DNA of 63,960 nt, counting the filler, from Choristocarpus tenellus KU-1152 (Eukaryota > Protista > Phaeophyceae): NCBI GenBank assembly GCA_964200185.2. It is 12 parts of 12 records of this genome, joined end to end, with 100 filler letters (N's around TTAATTAATTAA, not from the genome) between each part and the next. Parts side by side here need not be neighbours in the genome. Positions count along the whole stretch, not along the records: positions 37,880 to 46,054 come from CAXNAD020005045.1; positions 46,155 to 50,725 come from CAXNAD020013965.1; positions 50,826 to 55,714 come from CAXNAD020012660.1; 9 more parts are not named here. One strand, given 5' to 3'. Positions 38,101 to 52,482 of the stretch are shown here, in pieces. Position numbers and translations under genes: made by a program. Under the pieces are notes generated by a model, which saw nothing but the letters and a program-made list of their open reading frames with translations, had not been told where the DNA came from and did no database searches. The stretch's first letter is position 1. Each line of letters begins with the position of its first letter.

Positions 38101-41100
38101 ATACTGCTGCCTATAAATAATGCAATTCAAAGCTCCAAAGAATGAGCTTGAGCAACCAAATGCCAGCACTGTCTGAGCGCACATCAAGAACAAACACTAA
38201 CATAAAAATGATCAAGTGGTACATTTCTAAAATTGCAAATAGTACCAATCTATAAATAAAATTATTACATACACAACTTTGGAATTATTTTCATCGGCAA
38301 AATTGGGGGGCCTTAATTATGCAGCCATTGATAGTACAATCCCTAATCATAGTGTATGACAACTTCAGCTGTCTCCTCAGAGCACAACTTGGTACCAATC
38401 ATGCACACTTCACTTTGATCATACACAAAACAAAGGGTACACAAGTCAAACAAGTACACACCTCCTACCATACACAGCACAATCAAGTCTCCTTTCGCAC
38501 AACATACCAATATGGTCCATATCAACTTCACCATCCAGGTACTGTGCGATAGTACTACAGGGACTGCTAGAGCTCATCCATCTATATCAAGTACCAGAGT
38601 AAGTTCATATGATCTGGGTACTGTGTAGTAGCTCATAGTACAGGGACTGAACTACTTCTGCCCATCTGGTGGTGTGTAACATCCAAACATGTAACATCCA
38701 AGGTAATTTCCACTGATTATGACCACATCAAAGTTAAAGGCAATGGATAATGCCCATTAAGCACATCAGTGGTTCAATACTGGTTCGGTTTTTCGCACAT
38801 GATGACAGAAAACCTAACTACCACTTATGGCACACGAGCAATTTCCAACACCTCTGCAAATCACAAATCACAGGTCCCCAAAAGTAGAAGTCCCATGAAA
38901 AGATGGTCAAGTTCTGTTCTCATCACCATTTCATCTAAACATCAACACAATTTTTAGCAGTGAACTATCAACTACCAACTATCAACAATGCCTAGTGCTT
39001 GAACAATCTTGACCACAGGCCCTGCCTGATCCACATACAGTCGATGAAAGCACCTGTTTCCACACGTAACCCCAGCTACTCAGGTACTCAGGAATGTCCC
39101 TGTTGTTTTTCATTCACTAACCACAATGGAAATAGAGTCAACTCTTCCTTTGGCAGCAATGGGAGATACACCAAGGTTCAAGCGCAAGCGCTTCAAGGTC
39201 CAGTGTAGGTGCGTCTCCTTGCATACAACATTCCCAATGACAGAAACAATGGTCTCGGAGGGCAGAGCTTATGCTCTTCATACAGCCAACAAACAAGCCT
39301 ACCTGCAGGTAGTGCTTACCACCAGGGGCTGAGCTTGCCCCTCAAATATTAGGTCTGGTCACAGGGTTAGGGTTAGCCACTGTGCAATGTGGAAGGCTTA
39401 ATACACTGACGGCATTTGAAGTGCATCTGTCTTGGTGTGTGCTTTCACAACACCTGCAGAATATCCTGAGGTAACCCAACACTAAATGCACTAATCCTAA
39501 CCTGACTCCTTACTCCAATAAATAACAAACTTTCCAATGCAATGTTTGAAGTGTTAGGGTTAGGGTGGACGTTTGGTCTTTCTATCTCTAGGGTTAGGGT
39601 TCTTCATGGGTCACCTCGCCGTCAACCATTATAGTTATGCCATTGCCAGTCCTTTCACTAGGGGAGGGACATAGCCCGGAGACTTGGTCGCAAAATATAA
39701 TAAATCTTGACAGATGTAAAATTGGCATTGTACTTGCTCACAACACCATCCAAGTCAACATATGTATGAAAAGGACTCCCCCCTCTGTATCCAGGGTGAT
39801 GGATGACAATATGATTACAAAAGCAGAGTCAAGATGGAGATGATATACCCAGAGCCTTGGCCAATAATTCTGACCCTAATGCCTCCGAAAAAGTTCAAAA
39901 GACACTAGACCTAATTGTAAACATCAATAAGTATCATATATGGGCTATGACCCCATCTTGGATCTCAGACCATCGCATTTAGACTATATGATCCTGGACC
40001 AAGTCAGCAATCCTTTTTCCTTGGGGACAGTGGCAGTATTGTAACATCAGTAGACGCAGTTCTCCTAAATTAGTTAGGTGATGGTCCCTCCTTCCATGTC
40101 GTTCTTAGGGTTAGGGTGTCACTTAAAGGACCAACTCTTCAAACTCTTCCAATACCAATTTGTCTCTGCTGAAAGGTTTCTGGCCTCTACCACTGGTACC
40201 CAGGAGTACTGGTCTTTCAGGAATAACAATCAGGCTTCAGCTACAATGTGAGTTGAAGTTCCATGTCTGACATGTGGAGGAGTTGCAATACAAGTACAGA
40301 CACTGTACAGGCATGGTGCAGCACATTTGCCAGTACAGGTCTGGGGTCATGGTGTAAGTTTCAGGTCCACACCTGAGATCATTATACCCGCCTCAAATAT
40401 TCTGAAGGGAGTGCAATGTCTCTCTCAACTTGCAAACTGTGCCTCTGATCACTGGCACAGCCCTAGAATCTTCACTTTTATCCAGTCCAACCCTGTTGAC
40501 TCCTGAGTATCTTTACTCACATCGAAAAGTGAAAATCACTTCATGTAATGACCAACACAAAGCTATGGTAGTTGCAGCATTGGTTCTGGGTTAGGACCAT
40601 AGAGGAACACATCCCTATACCCTGGTTCATATTGCATGCTTGTGGTTGTGAAGAGGGTTTTCATCCCTCACTATTATTCATCGAGAGTGTTTACTTCTTG
40701 CATGGACTTGCTGAAGCATGCGCTCGTAACCCTTACAGCTGAGGTGCATACCCAACACAAACTTTTGCACAGAGTACTACATTATACTTCAGAGTACTAC
40801 ATTATACTTCAGAGTACTATGTTGTCTTAACTTTTCACACGAGATTTCAAACTCTAAATCTAGATAAAGTCATAGTAACTTACAGGAAGCCAATACAATG
40901 CTACTTCTAACATAATAACAACAATTGATCTGACTATCACCAGAGCCACTATTGCAAAAGTGGACGATCAGATTTGGAACGCTTTGAAATGTCTCGCATA
41001 CCGTATCTACTGTAGTACTTTGACTTAGAGTTAGAGATAGTACATACAGTACTGAAAACTAGTGTAGAGCAGAGGTGGGGGTCCTTTCCTCTTCAACTCA

Positions 41101-41961
41101 TATTCTTAATCAGATCAGTAGCTTCTGATCTCATTTGAAATCACTAAGGTCAATTTGTTCTTCCTTCTCATAGTTACCAGCTCTTCTACTTGAGCATGTG
41201 ACAGCTCTTGTAGGGTACTCAAAAGCACATTTTCAAGTACACTATTATTTTCTTATTATACAGAGCTAGTACATAAAGCCCATTGAACCAAAAAAAAGGC
41301 GCCACAGCCCTAACCCTAAGAATGCTGTAGATCAAGAGCAAACTACATAGTAGAGCCATGAAAAAAAAGTATCCTCAACATAGCGCTGAAACACAGCAAA
41401 CGATATTGACAACACTATGATACACTACAACACACTAAGAAACATAGTAGTAATACAAAATACAACTAGGGCCACAAACACAGCATGCAATACAAATCAG
41501 TACTTCACCACATCACAACAACATAGTGTAAAATACATTATCCTACTTTTCACACATCACTTCCACATACAGTTAAGGTTGCAGGAATACTCCCAAGAGT
41601 GAACTCAACACAATCTCCAAGGTAACAGCACTCAAGCAAATGTGATCCCTATGACTCACTTGAACCAAGAATAATCAGAATCATGATCAAAAACATTTAA
41701 TAAATTCAGTCAAATATTTCTGTTTACGCGCTGCTCACTCTTCAAAAAAAAGGTACACCCTCAAGCCGCTTTGTAGCCCTAGGATTTCGCACCCCTCACC
41801 TTATACAATGCACACTCTTTGATTCAGTCAAGTCGCATTGATAACTTGAATACAGCTAGTGTACACTTACGTTACCAATTCTTCCTGTTCACAAACCTAG
41901 TACTACTGATACTACTACTATTACTACCATCACTACCACCACTACTACTACTACCACCACC

Positions 41962-41992
<31 letters not shown>

Positions 41993-44900
41993 TCATTAAC
42001 ATATTATTATTGTTCCTTCCACCCAACAGCAAGGAACAACTTTAGATTGGTTGAGCACACCCTCCGGCCAATTTCCTTCATGTTATTGTGGACAGTGGTG
42101 AGAAGGACAAAACCTGCACCACCACACTGCAACGGGCCATGCACATTTTTTAGTATCATTGTGCTGGCAGACCTCTCAATGTTGTTGGCCTTGATGTGCT
42201 TGGACCCACAATTCCCCTTCGATCCCTCATCTAACCCTAACCCTAACCCTATGTTGGGTTTAACAAGACCATAATCATTCTTAGGTGTTGGAGCTCTCAA
42301 AAGGTATACAGTCACCTGAATATTGTTTTGAAACATCACAACTCACTTGAAGTCAAACCTAACCCTAATCCTAACCCTGATCCAAGATCCCTTCTTACTG
42401 CCTGAAGTGACTCTCTACGATCATACCCCCTCTTCCAGTCAGAACCAAATTATTGATATTGATATTTCTCATCAATCTAACCCATTCAGCTTTTGACCAG
42501 TATGCACCTAGGGTGTGACCAGAACACCTCTTGACAGGGGAAATTCAAATTGAGGTCTTGGTTTGACCCTCCTTCAGAACCCTCTGCTCTCCCCAAACCA
42601 CAAGTAATATTGAATGTGATATTTGGCCAATAGAGTGCCTCTTAATAATGGCAAAATCGCTTTCATTAGATTGGTCGGAGGGAGGGAGAAATAAGGTAGA
42701 ATGTCCCAATCCACTCTATATACACTTATTTGTTTTTCCCATAATACCACAGAGTGTAAGTATGAAATATCATTGGTGAAGTCCAATCTATGGGTATATA
42801 CCACCTAATCAGCACTCTAAATCAGTATATATTCTCCTGCTGGCTGTGCAGTCTAAGAGTCTACTAACCTTGCACAAACCTTTCACATCAACAATCCAGA
42901 TTGTACCGGAGGAGTTACACATAACACTAAATCTGTATCAGGAATATTATATTGGCGGTTCTCTCTATCTCTATTTATATATTATGTATGTATGTATGTG
43001 TATATGTTGTCCCATAGGGTCAAGGTTAGGGTTGGAGACATGCTGTGTTGTATATCAAAAAAAGCATGTAGTAATGGTGCAAATACTGTAATATCAAAAA
43101 TAGTAATACTTAGACTAATGATCAGAGTAGAGTCTACTTAATACTGCCAGCACCACTATCTTTCTGCCTGAAGGTTCCATTTTGAGCAACAAATCACTTC
43201 CATATGCCTGAAAATGTAATCAACCTACCAACACAGTACCAGTATAACATAGCCCAGTTACTATTCACTCAACAGCCCTACACTGTACTTCACAACAATA
43301 ATAACAATACACTGAAAATGCACATCTGCATACTGTAGAATACTAATAAACTAAAATGTTTTTATTTTTCTGGCAAATGAAATATTCCCGATGTTGGCAG
43401 GAGAACATAACATCACTCTACACAAATAACATAACACACAATGAATACAACAGCGGACCAATCACACAACTACATGTAATACTATCCTACCCTAACCCTA
43501 ATCCTAACCCTAACCCTACCAACACCAATATATAATACTCTCTCCTCCTTTAACAGGAGTACAGTACTATCTGTCCATTGTAAAAATAATAAACTGCATA
43601 TAACGTCACAAATATGCACCAATCAAAATGATATCAATGTAACATTGCTGTGTCAACTTTGTGTGAAAATAATATCATGGAGTGGTATACTTCAATGTAT
43701 TTATAACCAACGAGAATAGTACCAAAATAGTAGTCCTATATTAAAAATAGTATATCAAAACAATCATATATATACATATAATATAGATATACAAATACAT
43801 ACACACATACATATTAATGATGCATCGGAACAGTAGAAATACAAGGTTCAATATTTTTTTTTAAATGTATCAGGATAATTTCAACACAAGAGTGCTATAT
43901 CAAACAATATATTTTGCTACTACCAATACAGTAGTGGTATTTTAATTAGAACAACGCAATGGAACAACCGTAAGATTGATAAATAATAACAAATAATAAG
44001 AAATGACATGACTTGAGAATAATCAAGTTCAACATGAACATGAACATGAACATGAACACCTTCACGGTTAAAGGGAGTTGTAGTCATGTAGAAGACCTAA
44101 GCAGAAAGAAAGAGGGTGGTATAGGCATGCCTAGTATAGAGTGTATCACTAATGGCACAAGAAAGTCTCTCAAAGGGACACATGCACTTTAAACTTGAGA
44201 CAGTGGGCGGGTGAGGTGGGGCCCGATCAACTCATTGGATAGGTCCCTCACTTCAAGAGCACATTCATAGTGCTCTATAATGAACAGCCTAGCAGTATGT
44301 CCAAAATATAAGAGAGGTGTTTGTTGCAAGCATTACAGTAGTCTCTATTGTGTTTGTAGTGTATCACTTCCTTCTCCCCTGAAATAACATCTGCAGAATG
44401 CCAACATTAATCAAAGATAACTACCCTGATTGCCTCGAACACAGGTATACTATATTGTGTTATCCTCACTGTCATCTTCCAGATGTTGCCACATAGGAGA
44501 AACACTACACAATACAACACAACACAGAGTGCTACGTAAACCACATATTGGAACGATATTGCACCAATTATGTACTGGAACAATAGCAATGTAATAGTTC
44601 AATAATAAGGTAATATATTACCAAAACAGATTAGTCCTACTATGCTATCCCAATTTTGTGCTACATAGTACTTTGAAGTAGAGTCTCATCCCTAACCCTG
44701 ACCCTACCCCAATATTTCACTACATAACACAAATACTAACGGCCAAGCAGTTCCAAGCATGCACTACTGATGTTGTCATCTTGACAAATTATGACAATAG
44801 TTTGCACTATAAATACACTTCACTTCAGCACTGGCAAGAGCACAAAAGGCAATCTCACCCTACAGAACACAATATTTTGTTCTAACAATGATATTACTAC

Positions 44901-46154
44901 ATTTAAACTGCATAGTACAATTTGAACAACTTAGCCACATTCATAGTAGTGCACAATCAAACAAACTATGTCAACAACCCTAATCCTATCAACATAGGCA
45001 AAATACACTACAAGACGGATCCACAAGCAGTACTTCAATACTTCAATACTTAAATCATGGATAATGTAACCTTGTCTTGACCTACATACAGACCAATCCT
45101 GTACAGACCAAACCCACACTCTACTATGATGTAACAGCAACAATGTAGTGTAACTGTCATTGTAAGTATGGTTATGTTGATATTGCCAATACAAACCATC
45201 AACACCATGCAAAATGCAGTCTAATTTGCAAACGCCACTGCAACATATTGCCTGCCTTTACTTAAAATAGCAATACACCACAATGGTTCTCCTAAGGACA
45301 ACAATGTATAGAACAACAAACACAATTGATTCAATGCATAGGCTCACATAGTACCAATACTGATGCGGTTCTCGGTAAGCACAAGACCAGAACAGGAAAC
45401 AAACCCAAAATAAAACAACATAAATATCACAGTCCACAAACTACAGTGCAATGTAACACATACCCTAATGGCAATAGCATTTAATAATATTCTTTAGTAT
45501 CAATAATGATAATAATTCACTGCATGTTATGTTGATTAAAATGCTGCACATATATGTAGGTATATATAACCACCACAGTAGTAAAACAGATAAACACCTA
45601 ACCTAAACCTAAAGTTTTGACGTACAACTCAACCTCACAAACTGAGAACTCCAAATGTAGTACTAGTCGAGAATGAAACACAACGTGATGACACCTACCA
45701 ATTCTGCACTACAGACGCCTTATTCCAACACAAGACACAAACCAGTATCCTCCACAATCTATTTTACCCCCTCAAGCACCGCCACCACAAACCTCTACAG
45801 ATACACTTTGAAAACACATCCCACCCTGCTCACCCGCTCCCAGACTTCATTGGCAATCCTCTTGAAGTGGCTGTCCACATCAACATGTAATGCCATCCGA
45901 ACCCCCCGCAAACTTGACCTTGGTTCCTTTATTCGCGGCTTACGCTCCCCCCCCCCTCCCCCTCCCTTTTTGTCCTTCCCTGCCCTGGGCCTCTTCTTCC
46001 CCCCCTTCTCCTTAGCTGAACAGACACTGCCCTCCTCGCTGACCTTCCCCTCCCNNNNNNNNNNNNNNNNNNNNNNNNNNNNNNNNNNNNNNNNNNNNTT
46101 AATTAATTAANNNNNNNNNNNNNNNNNNNNNNNNNNNNNNNNNNNNNNNNNNNN

Positions 46155-46439
46155 TTATGTATAGTTTTCATTTGTTTTCCCCCTGACACAGCTATCTGCA
46201 AAATGTCAGAGGGCATAATAATATGATAATATATACATACAAAAAATACCACCTCCACCTATACGCGTTTGTTTTGTATTGTAACATGGTAGTACCGTAC
46301 CATCCTCCAGCACCTCCACCATTCAGCACCCCTCCTCATATCACCTCACATTTCAAACTCAGCGTAAAGTTTGCTGATATTGTAGTCATATTTTGTTCAT
46401 ACTGTACGTTTTTACTAGAATATACAACTACTACTATCA

Positions 46440-46472
<33 letters not shown>

Positions 46473-46545
46473 CCCATCTCACATTTTGGAGATGTGCTAG
46501 GAGAAAAACTAATGAAAATTATTCACATGTCAGAAAAATCCCGAA
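46155..46545. repeat. Two inverted copies of the ~60-bp unit of 14655..15165, with a (TTA)n tract between them
   Basis: 46160..46235 is forward; 46472..46540 is the reverse complement (cccatctcacattttggagatgtgctaggagaaaaactaatgaaaattattcacatgtcagaaaaatc). Confidence 0.7.
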
Positions 46546-48250
46546 GGAAGTAATGGTTGTCACAAATGTGAAAAACATTGATCTATTTGCCATTTTACTA
46601 CCACCTAAGTTGTACCACTACCTTCCTGTATCTCTAACCCACCTATTCCTGCACCCTTGAGAAGACCTCGCACTGAAAGAGATTGGCGTGCCTCTTCTAA
46701 CCTTGCTATGGTGTGTACCTACCTACTGGTCTGTTGCAGTATAGACGCAGGTTTTGTTTTGGTCACTGTCGCACCCTGATCACACGACGGCGAGTCGCGC
46801 AATCTGTTCACTTTTTTTTGGCAGGATGAACGGTTCAGTCTACTGAGAGAGACCGTAGTTGGGCACTTGCCTTTCTTTGCACCCAATGCCACACGCAAAG
46901 GGCAGACGAGTATGTCTCGGGGGATATTTCACTAGGTTTGCACTTTGCACCCTCAGCGGCTGACATTTGTCAGCAGTCTAGCACTGTTTACCCCTCCGAT
47001 CTGCCGCATTAGTGCTGGACCACCACCAGGGGGGGAGGGACAGGGGAAGGGCTGTGTGGTCTCCTTTACCCGAAGAAAATGACCATAAGCTCCAGCAATC
47101 GCCAGCCCCTTTGTTCCGGCAGGGCTGGAAGAAATGGCACAGGGTGGGTGTTGTAACCTTAGCTGTTAGACTCAGTGAGGTTTCGACCGAGGGTTGCTAT
47201 CCCTCTAATCAGGGAAGGCTTCAGGTGCGTAATGATAGATCGGTGTAGGCTGCCCTATTTTGGTTGAGATTTCGGTGGGCAACCTTTTAGTATCTGCACA
47301 ATACACTTATCAAATATGAGAATATATGAAAAAATATATTGATTCTTCAACAGTGGGGCTGCTGAATTTATTGTACATTTAATTCCGAGCCGAGGAAGTG
47401 CTTTTACGATCCATACAGCATAGGCCCTTTATCGTCTTTGTGCCTCGTTGTTACAAAACCCTCCTTGTTTCTCTCTTTTTCACAGTAATTCTTTCAACAT
47501 TCTACTTTATCACCTAATTTTTTAGACTGCATTATTAGAACTTGGTGGTTACATATTCATAGTGTCAATTATTCCATCCATTCCAAGTGCATTCTGTTGT
47601 AGACATACTTGCTTAGATCACTAACACCAGGATATACACTTCTAGTAAAGAGCAACAATTTGTATTGTACAAATCCTCATGTCTAGCTTCTAAGGAAATG
47701 ATGGCCTTATCCAGCCGTAAACATAGCGGCAAGGATGGGTGTTGTGTCCACGACACTTCAAAATGTCAACAAAATCTGAAGAACGGTTTGGAGATGTCTA
47801 TCTTCCTCATCCAAATTCTTAAGCTTAGGCAGCATCCCGGTGAGCCATGCTGTGTACATGTTTCCATCCCCCCTCACACGTGCGTGAATCACTAAAATAT
47901 ATAGTTTAGAACGAATTTACATCTGGTTGAGGTCGATCACCCCTTGCGACATCGTACAAGGTCTATATGTTCACCCCGTGTGATCTTGTTCTCTACTCCT
48001 TCAGATTACAGAACATGGTGATTGGGGAAATTCTGAAGTCCCCAGTAACCTCCCCTTCGTCTGTACAGCAGTTGCTTCTATTGATGTCCTCCCCAGCATT
48101 ATCACTATATACGACGTTCTCAGCTAACTGTTAGACTGACCTTCTCCTCAGTCTGGTTGCCACAGGCCTCATTCTCAGCAAACTGACTCTTGTCAAAGTC
48201 CATACTTTCAGGCATGACTTGTCATGTAAAAGCAAACCGCAATTTTTCAG

Positions 48251-49334
48251 GGCTTTTCACTGGGCCTAGCAGTTAACATGTCCATGAGGGCAATATGGTC
48301 CCATACTGGCCCACAGCCCAGTCATGTTGAAACAGTAGATGGCCATTGACTCGGTCATGTACAAACTTGTTTGTACATGGTCAGCAGGCGACCCTGGTCA
48401 TGTTGAGTAGTAACAGCCATGAACTCAGCCATGTTCCATCTTGGTTGTACATGGACGACTGGTGGCCCTGGTGATGTTGAGTAATGGCAGCCATAGACTG
48501 GGTCATGTTAGAACAGTTTATCTATGGCTGGCCAGGTAATATATTTTGTATACCTGGGCTGGCCGTATCAAGACCATACCTCCATATTTAATCATTTTCT
48601 CTCAAAAGTAAATATAACAATATATATTCGCATTTCTATATTGTATATTATCTTGTTTTAGAGGGTTGAAATTTCAAAATTGAAAACAAATACATTGTCG
48701 TGAGTTTAGTGTTTGGGTGGCTGAGGTGATTTGGTAACATAAAGATGTATTTTGACACTATACATTGTATTTTGACACTCATTCGTCATAAGTCGAGTGT
48801 TTAATTATTATGTATGTAAATATCCACAATAAAACAAATTTTACACATCTATACCTTCTGTCATTCTCACTTCACGTATGTTTATGTTTTTCATGGTTTC
48901 TGGCCAATATAACTCCAGTACTATATATATTCACAAACTGGAATATTTCTTAACCTTTGACATATATACACAATTTGTATGAAATAGTACAAGTACTGCA
49001 CATAGTCCGGACATGCCAGGAAAGGTTGGGCTGGGCGGTGGTAATGGTCCAAACAGGGAAGAAAAATGATAGACTGGTCGGCAAGCAGACACGAATTGAA
49101 CATGGTCTGGATATGATAGAGAATGCTAGAACCGGTCCGGCTGGCGGACATGGACCAGTACAATATCGAATTGACATGGTCCAGACATGATGGAGAATGT
49201 TTTGATCCGGTCCGGGTGGCGGACATGGAACGGTTCAACACCTAGTGGACATGGACTGAGACACGTCAAAAAATTGTGGGACTGGTCCGGTCAGTGAACC
49301 GTACCATTTTAATTTGCCGACCCAGTGAGAAGCC
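48251..49334. mobile_element. Non-autonomous PIF/Harbinger-like DNA element, TSD CAG
   Basis: cag|ggcttttcactggg ... cccagtgagaagcc|cag. Arrays of catgg/ggtcc subterminal motifs near both ends, an AT-rich centre and no transposase. Confidence 0.7.
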
Positions 49335-50704
49335 CAGCAATTTTAGGGGAGAAACGTGAGACACACACAATGAGCGGTATCATAGTAACAGAGAGTATCT
49401 CGGGTGACAGATGTTAAAACAGAGGCTACTCATTTGTTGTTGATATGATACAAAAACTACCAGCTTGTACTGACTGTTGATTGGTGCACTGCACTGGTTG
49501 TTATTTCTCATTTATTCATTGCGCATTCCAGCTCATCGTCACATCGATGACAGTAGATAGAAGTATAGCATCAGCTGATATTCAGTTGATACACATCACA
49601 CACAGAAACATCATATCACGAATCATTTAAGTTACTTCGGAACTTGTTCCAAGTGCATTCCACTGTTACCTTGTGTTCTTTTTTTTCTCTTTGTTGTTGT
49701 CTGTCATGTCTGTTCTTTTTAATATGCTTAAGATCCCAGATGCAAGTTAATTGTTTGTTATTATTTTTTCATTGGCTGTCATTGTCCCCTCTGAGCGCCT
49801 CAAGCTCACTCTGCAATAGTGACCCTGATGCGCACTTGGATGTAATACTAAAGAGTTAAAACCATCTACGGAAACCCTTGCCAGCCAAGGTAACAGGCCT
49901 CTCCACAGAGCATGGACTTCTTTCCTTGAGTATCTCATGAAATAACACTGAATACATATCACACCATTCTTGACTGAGAGATCAATGACTTCAGTTGCAA
50001 CAGAACAAATACATCAGTGCTTTGTATCACAACTACATCTACTCATACCACAGACTACGTATTCTACTCATCGGTACTTTACAACACCATGATTCCTCTT
50101 CACTCGTAGTCTACGCATTTCGCTCACATACAATGCATTCGATTCAGGTTTCAAAAAACAGAAAACCAGGCAGCGACACCTAAACCAACTTGCAATATAG
50201 AAAGGAACTTGTTTGGAACCGCTTCAAGCTGTAACCAAAATAGGATGTCGAAGGAAGAAAGAACAATGCATTGTTAAAACAATAAAGGAACAAGCAATAG
50301 AGTGCATATTGTGTTATACTGGAGCCTGGGCACGATAGGGATTACTATGTTGACTGCATTCCATGGCAACGCACTGGTTCCTCACCTTTGTTGTGGTGAC
50401 TGGTATCTCAGAAGAGATTTAATGGTTAAATGAGGAACATTGTTAGACTGGATGAAAAAGAACATGTGTGAGAACCCATCTTCCACAGAAGGTATACCCT
50501 GAAGTTGATCTAGCTTGAACATTATGATACTCATATGACATATGTTCTTGCATGTTGAAGGTAACATCTGCTTGAAGTAAGATCGGGTGGTTGGGAGTGA
50601 CCTTACTAAAGCCCCCCTCTTTCAGCTACCACTTGAACACTCTTTTCCTGAGTGATCTTCTGAGGGATTGCTCTCCCTCTTTGACTTGTCTCTCTTGATC
50701 TTGC

Positions 50705-50725
50705 GGGTCAAAGTATCTTGGGGGG
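50705..50725 (+). mobile_element. MITE terminus (family A type) at contig end
   Basis: gggtcaaagtatcttgggggg. Confidence 0.6.
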
Positions 50726-51302
50726 NNNNNNNNNNNNNNNNNNNNNNNNNNNNNNNNNNNNNNNNNNNNTTAATTAATTAANNNNNNNNNNNNNNNNNNN
50801 NNNNNNNNNNNNNNNNNNNNNNNNNTGATCACCTTGAAACTGAAAGAAATTTTCTAGGATATGACAAAAGAAATACCTGTCCCCCCCCCATATGAGAGCC
50901 TGAATAAAATATATATTTTTGTTTACTTCTTTTAGTCCCGCAGATCCTGTCTATCTTACCTTTGCAGGCAATAGTGCTAACAATTTGCTACACGATGTGC
51001 TTTTCTCAGCCTTGTCACATGCACCCCATCAAGTATGACAATATGCTTCCAGTTCTTGCCATCAGTACTCTAAGACGGGCAGTGTTTCAGATGGAGACCC
51101 AGAGAGCATTGTTTCAGACAGACAAGCAGTGAAGCAAAAAGAGAAGTAATTTTACAGGTTCACCCACCGCGCACCCACCGAAATTGCAAATATAGTGTTC
51201 CAAGAACACTACCGTACCCGCCAACATCACACNNNNNNNNCCCCACCCCAATACCAAATCTCTTGTACCCAGAACCCTACTTCCACCCCTGCAATTACAC
51301 AG

Positions 51303-52431
51303 GTGCTTGAACTCTACACCAAGGATGTGTTTGCCCATGGAGCCAGCTCTGAGGCTGAGGGTGTGCTCATTCCTCTAGACCGTGGGGCCAAGATACGTGA
51401 TGGGTTGCGGCAAGCAGGCTGGGAGCCACTGCATTCTTCATCTGGCACATCAGGGGCAGGGGCATCTGGGACAGTTGCTATGCCATGGGGAGGAGGGAGG
51501 GGAGGAGGGGAGGGGAAGGAGGTGGATGCTAGGGTTTGGGCAAGGGTGGTTGTGACGGTGGTGGTTCCTCCAGGCCCGCTGGGGGTTTTGCTGGACCCTT
51601 GTGTGAAAGATAGACCTGTAGTGAAAGAGATATTAGGGGTGAGCAAAGGGGGAGGGATGTGATTTGTTTTGATGGGGGGGGGGGGGGTTTCAATTGTGGG
51701 TAAGGGAGTTTGAGAAGATTAATTAAATCAAGGCTAGGTAGGTTGGGATAGTTTAATGGAATTGTTGTGGCACTGGGACATGAACATTAGGCTGAAAGTT
51801 GTTTGGTGTAGCCATGTTTTATGGTAGAGAGGGCGAGGGAGATTGTATTAGATTGTATTCACACTGTGTCATACGTTACTTGATACTTTGAACTATGTAT
51901 AGTAGGTTGTGCATCCTTTTCTTTTTCTTTTTCTTCTTTGTTGTCGCGACGAAATACATAAATAAATAAATACAGTGAGGTGGTCAAATGTTTCTCTTTA
52001 GCCTTGCCAGCTGCGGTTAATTGAGGTGAACAAAGTTGTGTAACTCTTTTGGGGGTTATTGTGTACATTGCCTGACATAGATCACCAATATGTCATTGTT
52101 GTTGTGAATGAAAGGAACCGAAGAGGCGTGTGCGTTTTAAAATTTTAAAATTTTAAAATGTGTCGAGTTTCAAGGCTATTTTAAATTTTTCTTCTTGAAT
52201 AGAGAGGACAAAGGCATTGGAAGAAGGTTATCGGGTCGGAAGGATAACTCACCCCTGCAAACTTGACTGTGCTCACAAAACAACCACAAAGCTTTCTAGT
52301 GTGAACCGGGTGCCCCAAAAACATGTGCCACTGGAAACTTTGAGGGGCTCTGTTAATATTAATGCCCAGTAGAACGTCTCCTTCAGTTACTTAGATTCTG
52401 TCATTGTTATAACCGGCCCTGAGTATACCCT

Positions 52432-52482
<51 letters not shown>

